From an uncultured bacterium (GTDB lineage: Bacteria; Lernaellota; Lernaellaia; Lernaellales; Lernaellaceae): a stretch of DNA of 10,918 nt. The stretch covers positions 1-10,918 of the forward strand of contig CAZHPN010000191.1 in assembly GCA_964534375.1 (NCBI GenBank), in the 5' to 3' direction. Under the pieces are notes generated by a model, which saw only the letters and a program-made list of their open reading frames with translations, had not been told where the DNA came from and ran no database searches. The position numbers and the translations under genes are program-made. Shown here one piece after another: positions 8,779 to 10,918 of this stretch. Numbering within the stretch: position 1 is the stretch's first letter; each line of letters begins with the position of its first letter.

Positions 8779-9159
8779 GTGAGAAAGTTCTTGACGGGCG
8801 AGGCGCTGGCGGCGATGGCGATCGGGGTGCTGCTGGGCGCCCTCGCGGCGTTTCTGGCGTGCGATTCCAGCAGCAGCACCACCACCTTCATCGACGACGA
8901 CAATTCGCCCGACGACGATGACGACGACGACTTCGCCTGCGGCCATACCACGGTTTGCACGGGCTGCTGCTCCGGCAACAGTTGTTTCAGCGGCACGATG
9001 AACTACGCGTGCGGCATCGGCGGCAACGCCTGCCTCGCCTGTTCGAGCGGCACCATGTGCGAAGGCGGCCTGTGCACGCCCCTCTCGGACGATGACGACA
9101 ACGACAACGACAACGACAACAACGACAACGACACCAACAACGAAACCAATACCGAATAA
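8779..9159 (+). CDS. Small Cys-rich lipoprotein with Asp/Asn-rich tracts, 126 aa
   Basis: GTG at 8779 follows GGGAGAAG. MRK, hydrophobic stretch and lipobox FLA-C (Cys codon 8860-8862). A 10-Cys domain CGHTTVCTGCCSGNSCFSGTMNYACGIGGNACLACSSGTMCEGGLC is flanked by poly-Asp and (DN)n tracts. Confidence 0.82.
   Translation: MRKFLTGEALAAMAIGVLLGALAAFLACDSSSSTTTFIDDDNSPDDDDDDDFACGHTTVCTGCCSGNSCFSGTMNYACGIGGNACLACSSGTMCEGGLCTPLSDDDDNDNDNDNNDNDTNNETNTE
9097..9129 (+). repeat. Coding hexamer repeat (GACAAC)n encoding Asp-Asn
   Basis: Four perfect copies at 9097-9120, then AAC and a fifth copy at 9124-9129. Confidence 0.85.
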
Positions 9160-9171
9160 GAGGCCATGACG

Positions 9172-9912
9172 ATGAAAAAAACGTTGAACACCACCCTGTG
9201 GCTGGCGCTGCTGGCGTCTTTCGTTCTCGCGCTCGGCGCCGTCTTGATCGCGTGCGGCAGCACGAGCACGACCACCACCGTCGCCGACGACGACACGTCG
9301 CCCGACGACGACGCCTCGCCCGATGACGACGCCTCGCCCACGGACGACGACGCGGCCGACGACGACGACAACGACAACGACGATAACGACGCCTCGCCGG
9401 CCGATTGCCCGCCGATCACGCAGCAACAGGCGACCCGGTTCTATTGGCCGAGCGAACCGCCGTTCCTGGCCGGCGAGCAATTGGTCGTCGCCGAAACAGT
9501 GAGCGGCCACCAGGTCGTCGCGCCGGCGGGCGTCATCGCGATGCACGCCGGGCCGACCCTCGACGAGTTGGAATGGGTGATCATGGATTCCAACCTGGTG
9601 AAACCAGGCCAGTACGACTTGACGATTCCCGAAGGCGGATCGATGCAGGACGGCAATCCGCACATGTCCGTTTCGATGATCTACGGCGCCACGTTGAACC
9701 ATACGTTCACGGAAATGTGGGTCAGCGTCTCGGGCTGCGCCGAAATCGATCAACTCGGCTGGATCGGCGGCAAATTCACCGGCCACCTGAAAAACGTGGT
9801 GTTCCGCAAGGTCTTGAATGCGAACACGGGTCAGATTGACTGGTCCACCCCGCCGCAGATGGGCTTCAGCGCCATGTGGGATCTCGTCGACATGACGATC
9901 ATCTCGCAGTAA
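9172..9912 (+). CDS. Lipoprotein with Asp-rich repeat linker and uncharacterised C-terminal domain, about 246 aa
   Basis: GAGG (9160-9163) is better spaced to ATG 9172 than to ATG 9166. MKK, hydrophobic stretch and lipobox LIA-C (9253-9255); (DDDxSP)3 and DN tracts; about 170-aa globular, beta-rich-looking C-terminus with 2 Cys. Confidence 0.85.
   Translation: MKKTLNTTLWLALLASFVLALGAVLIACGSTSTTTTVADDDTSPDDDASPDDDASPTDDDAADDDDNDNDDNDASPADCPPITQQQATRFYWPSEPPFLAGEQLVVAETVSGHQVVAPAGVIAMHAGPTLDELEWVIMDSNLVKPGQYDLTIPEGGSMQDGNPHMSVSMIYGATLNHTFTEMWVSVSGCAEIDQLGWIGGKFTGHLKNVVFRKVLNANTGQIDWSTPPQMGFSAMWDLVDMTIISQ
9286..9339 (+). repeat. 18-bp coding tandem repeat x3 (DDD[T/A]SP)
   Basis: GACGACGACACGTCGCCC / GACGACGACGCCTCGCCC / GATGACGACGCCTCGCCC. 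Confidence 0.88.
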
Positions 9913-9929
9913 ACAGAAGGCGTCGGCGC

Positions 9930-9965
9930 ATCCTGTCCATCCTGTAAATCCTGTCCATCCTGTCA
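9930..9965. repeat. Intergenic 9-bp tandem repeat x4 (ATCCTGTNN)
   Basis: ATCCTGTCC ATCCTGTAA ATCCTGTCC ATCCTGTCA. Confidence 0.9.
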
Positions 9966-10014
9966 AAAAGAAACAGAACCTCCTGCCCAGAGATGCACGG
10001 GCCGCGATCGGCGC

Positions 10015-10043
10015 TTGACAACCGCCGCCGAATTCTCTATGAA
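10015..10043 (+). promoter_or_regulatory. Putative sigma70 promoter of the rpmH operon
   Basis: TTGACA (10015-10020), 17 bp, TATGAA (10038-10043). Confidence 0.65.
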
Positions 10044-10137
10044 TCACCCCTTGCTTTTTTGATGAAGGCTTGGCCCCCGTATTGGGCGGGCGTTCTCCCC
10101 GGGGTGAAGGGGACAGGAAGCGGGAGAGAGGTGAGTC

Positions 10138-10287
10138 ATGAAACGGACTTTTCAACCCAGCAACATTCGCCGCGTGCGAAAACACGGCTTTCGCCTGCGC
10201 ATGTCGACCCGCGGCGGTCGCCTGGTGTTGAAGCGCCGTCGCGCCAAAGGCCGTAAACGCCTGGCGGCGACCGCGCCGAGCAAGTGA
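10138..10287 (+). CDS. rpmH: 50S ribosomal protein L34, 49 aa
   Basis: Not in the ORF track. Hand translation gives [58 protein letters not shown] upstream. Confidence 0.99.
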   Translation: MKRTFQPSNIRRVRKHGFRLRMSTRGGRLVLKRRRAKGRKRLAATAPSK

Positions 10288-10652
10288 CCGGCGAGCGGGC
10301 GACGCGACGCACGTTTACGCGCGACGATCGGCTTCGCGGCCGGAACGATTTCGTCCGCGTTTCGAAAAACGGTCGCCGTTATCGCACCGACGGCCTGTTC
10401 ATTATCGACAGCCCGTCGCCCGTGGCGGGGCCGCGTCTGGGCCTCACCGTCAGCCGGAAAGTCGGCAAGGCGCACGTCCGCAACCGCTTGAAGCGGCTGC
10501 TGCGCGAGTTTTTCCGGCTCAATCGGGAGCGCTTCGCGCCGCGCCGCGACGTCGTCGTGATCGTGCGCCCCGAACAGCGGCTGCGCGGTCTGGCCGACGT
10601 TGCGGCCGAATTCGCGTCGTACCTGGCCCGCTCCTCCTCTCGCTCGGTTTGA
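10284..10652 (+). CDS. rnpA: Ribonuclease P protein component, 122 aa
   Basis: GTGA overlap with rpm[26 protein letters not shown] (RNR motif) and DVVVIVR. Confidence 0.97.
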   Translation: MTGERATRRTFTRDDRLRGRNDFVRVSKNGRRYRTDGLFIIDSPSPVAGPRLGLTVSRKVGKAHVRNRLKRLLREFFRLNRERFAPRRDVVVIVRPEQRLRGLADVAAEFASYLARSSSRSV

Positions 10653-10658
10653 AAATCG

Positions 10659-10916
10659 ATGGCGGCCATGGCGCCCGGAATCGGCTGGTTGACGCGTTTG
10701 AGCCTCGGCCTTGTGCGGCTGTATCAAATCGCGTTCAGTCCGATTCTCGGCGGCCACTGCCGGTTCAGCCCGTCGTGTTCGGAGTACGCCGTGGAAGCCC
10801 TGCGCATCCACGGTTTCGCGCGCGGCTGGCGGCTGGCGGTTTGGCGGTTGTTGCGCTGCCACCCGTTCGCCCGCGGCGGGTATGATCCCGTGCCGCCCGG
10901 ACGCGAAGGAGAGTAA
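10659..10916 (+). CDS. yidD: Membrane protein insertion efficiency factor YidD, 85 aa
   Basis: [35 protein letters not shown]; canonical position after rnpA. Confidence 0.96.
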   Translation: MAAMAPGIGWLTRLSLGLVRLYQIAFSPILGGHCRFSPSCSEYAVEALRIHGFARGWRLAVWRLLRCHPFARGGYDPVPPGREGE

Positions 10917-10918
10917 TG
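10916..10918 (+). CDS. Probable start codon of the next gene (likely membrane insertase YidC), truncated by the window edge
   Basis: TAATG overlap with the yidD stop and AAGGAG upstream. Identity is inferred only from the conserved rpmH-rnpA-yidD-yidC order. Confidence 0.5.

Noticed and set aside
9930..9965. Short repeat arrays (also 397-489 and 9286-9339) as a CRISPR array
   Set aside because: Units are 7-18 bp, directly tandem, with no unique spacers and no cas genes.
8719..10185. 488-aa minus-strand ORF with poly-Val runs
   Set aside because: Antisense of the Asp-rich lipoprotein genes (GAC repeats read as GTC). It also crosses the rpmH promoter and start.
9993..10256. 87-aa + strand ORF overlapping rpmH
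   Set aside because: Wrong frame. The real gene is the 49-aa L34 at 10138-10287.

Overview
GC-rich bacterial DNA with deltaproteobacterial-type gene organisation; every intact gene is on the + strand. From left to right: (1) a broken minus-strand coding relic (25-393) cut off by two different 7-bp tandem-repeat tracts; (2) a split F-type ATP synthase operon atpF'(b')-atpF-atpH-atpA-atpG-atpD-atpC, lacking the a and c subunit genes, followed by an intrinsic terminator; (3) a two-gene cassette with its own promoter, encoding an ABC-type (AAA_21-like) ATPase and a degenerate TOPRIM-like partner, which resembles the MAD3/MAD4 pair of the MADS anti-phage system but stands alone and is bracketed by a 7-bp direct repeat (CGTTAAG); (4) two lipoprotein genes sharing a colinear Ser/Thr- and Asp-rich leader, one with a 10-Cys domain; (5) a 9-bp tandem repeat; (6) rpmH-rnpA-yidD and the probable first codon of yidC. 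There is no dnaA upstream of rpmH. The best candidate for an undescribed system is the stand-alone MAD3/MAD4-like ATPase-effector cassette. Family assignments come from motif recognition only; no database search was run.
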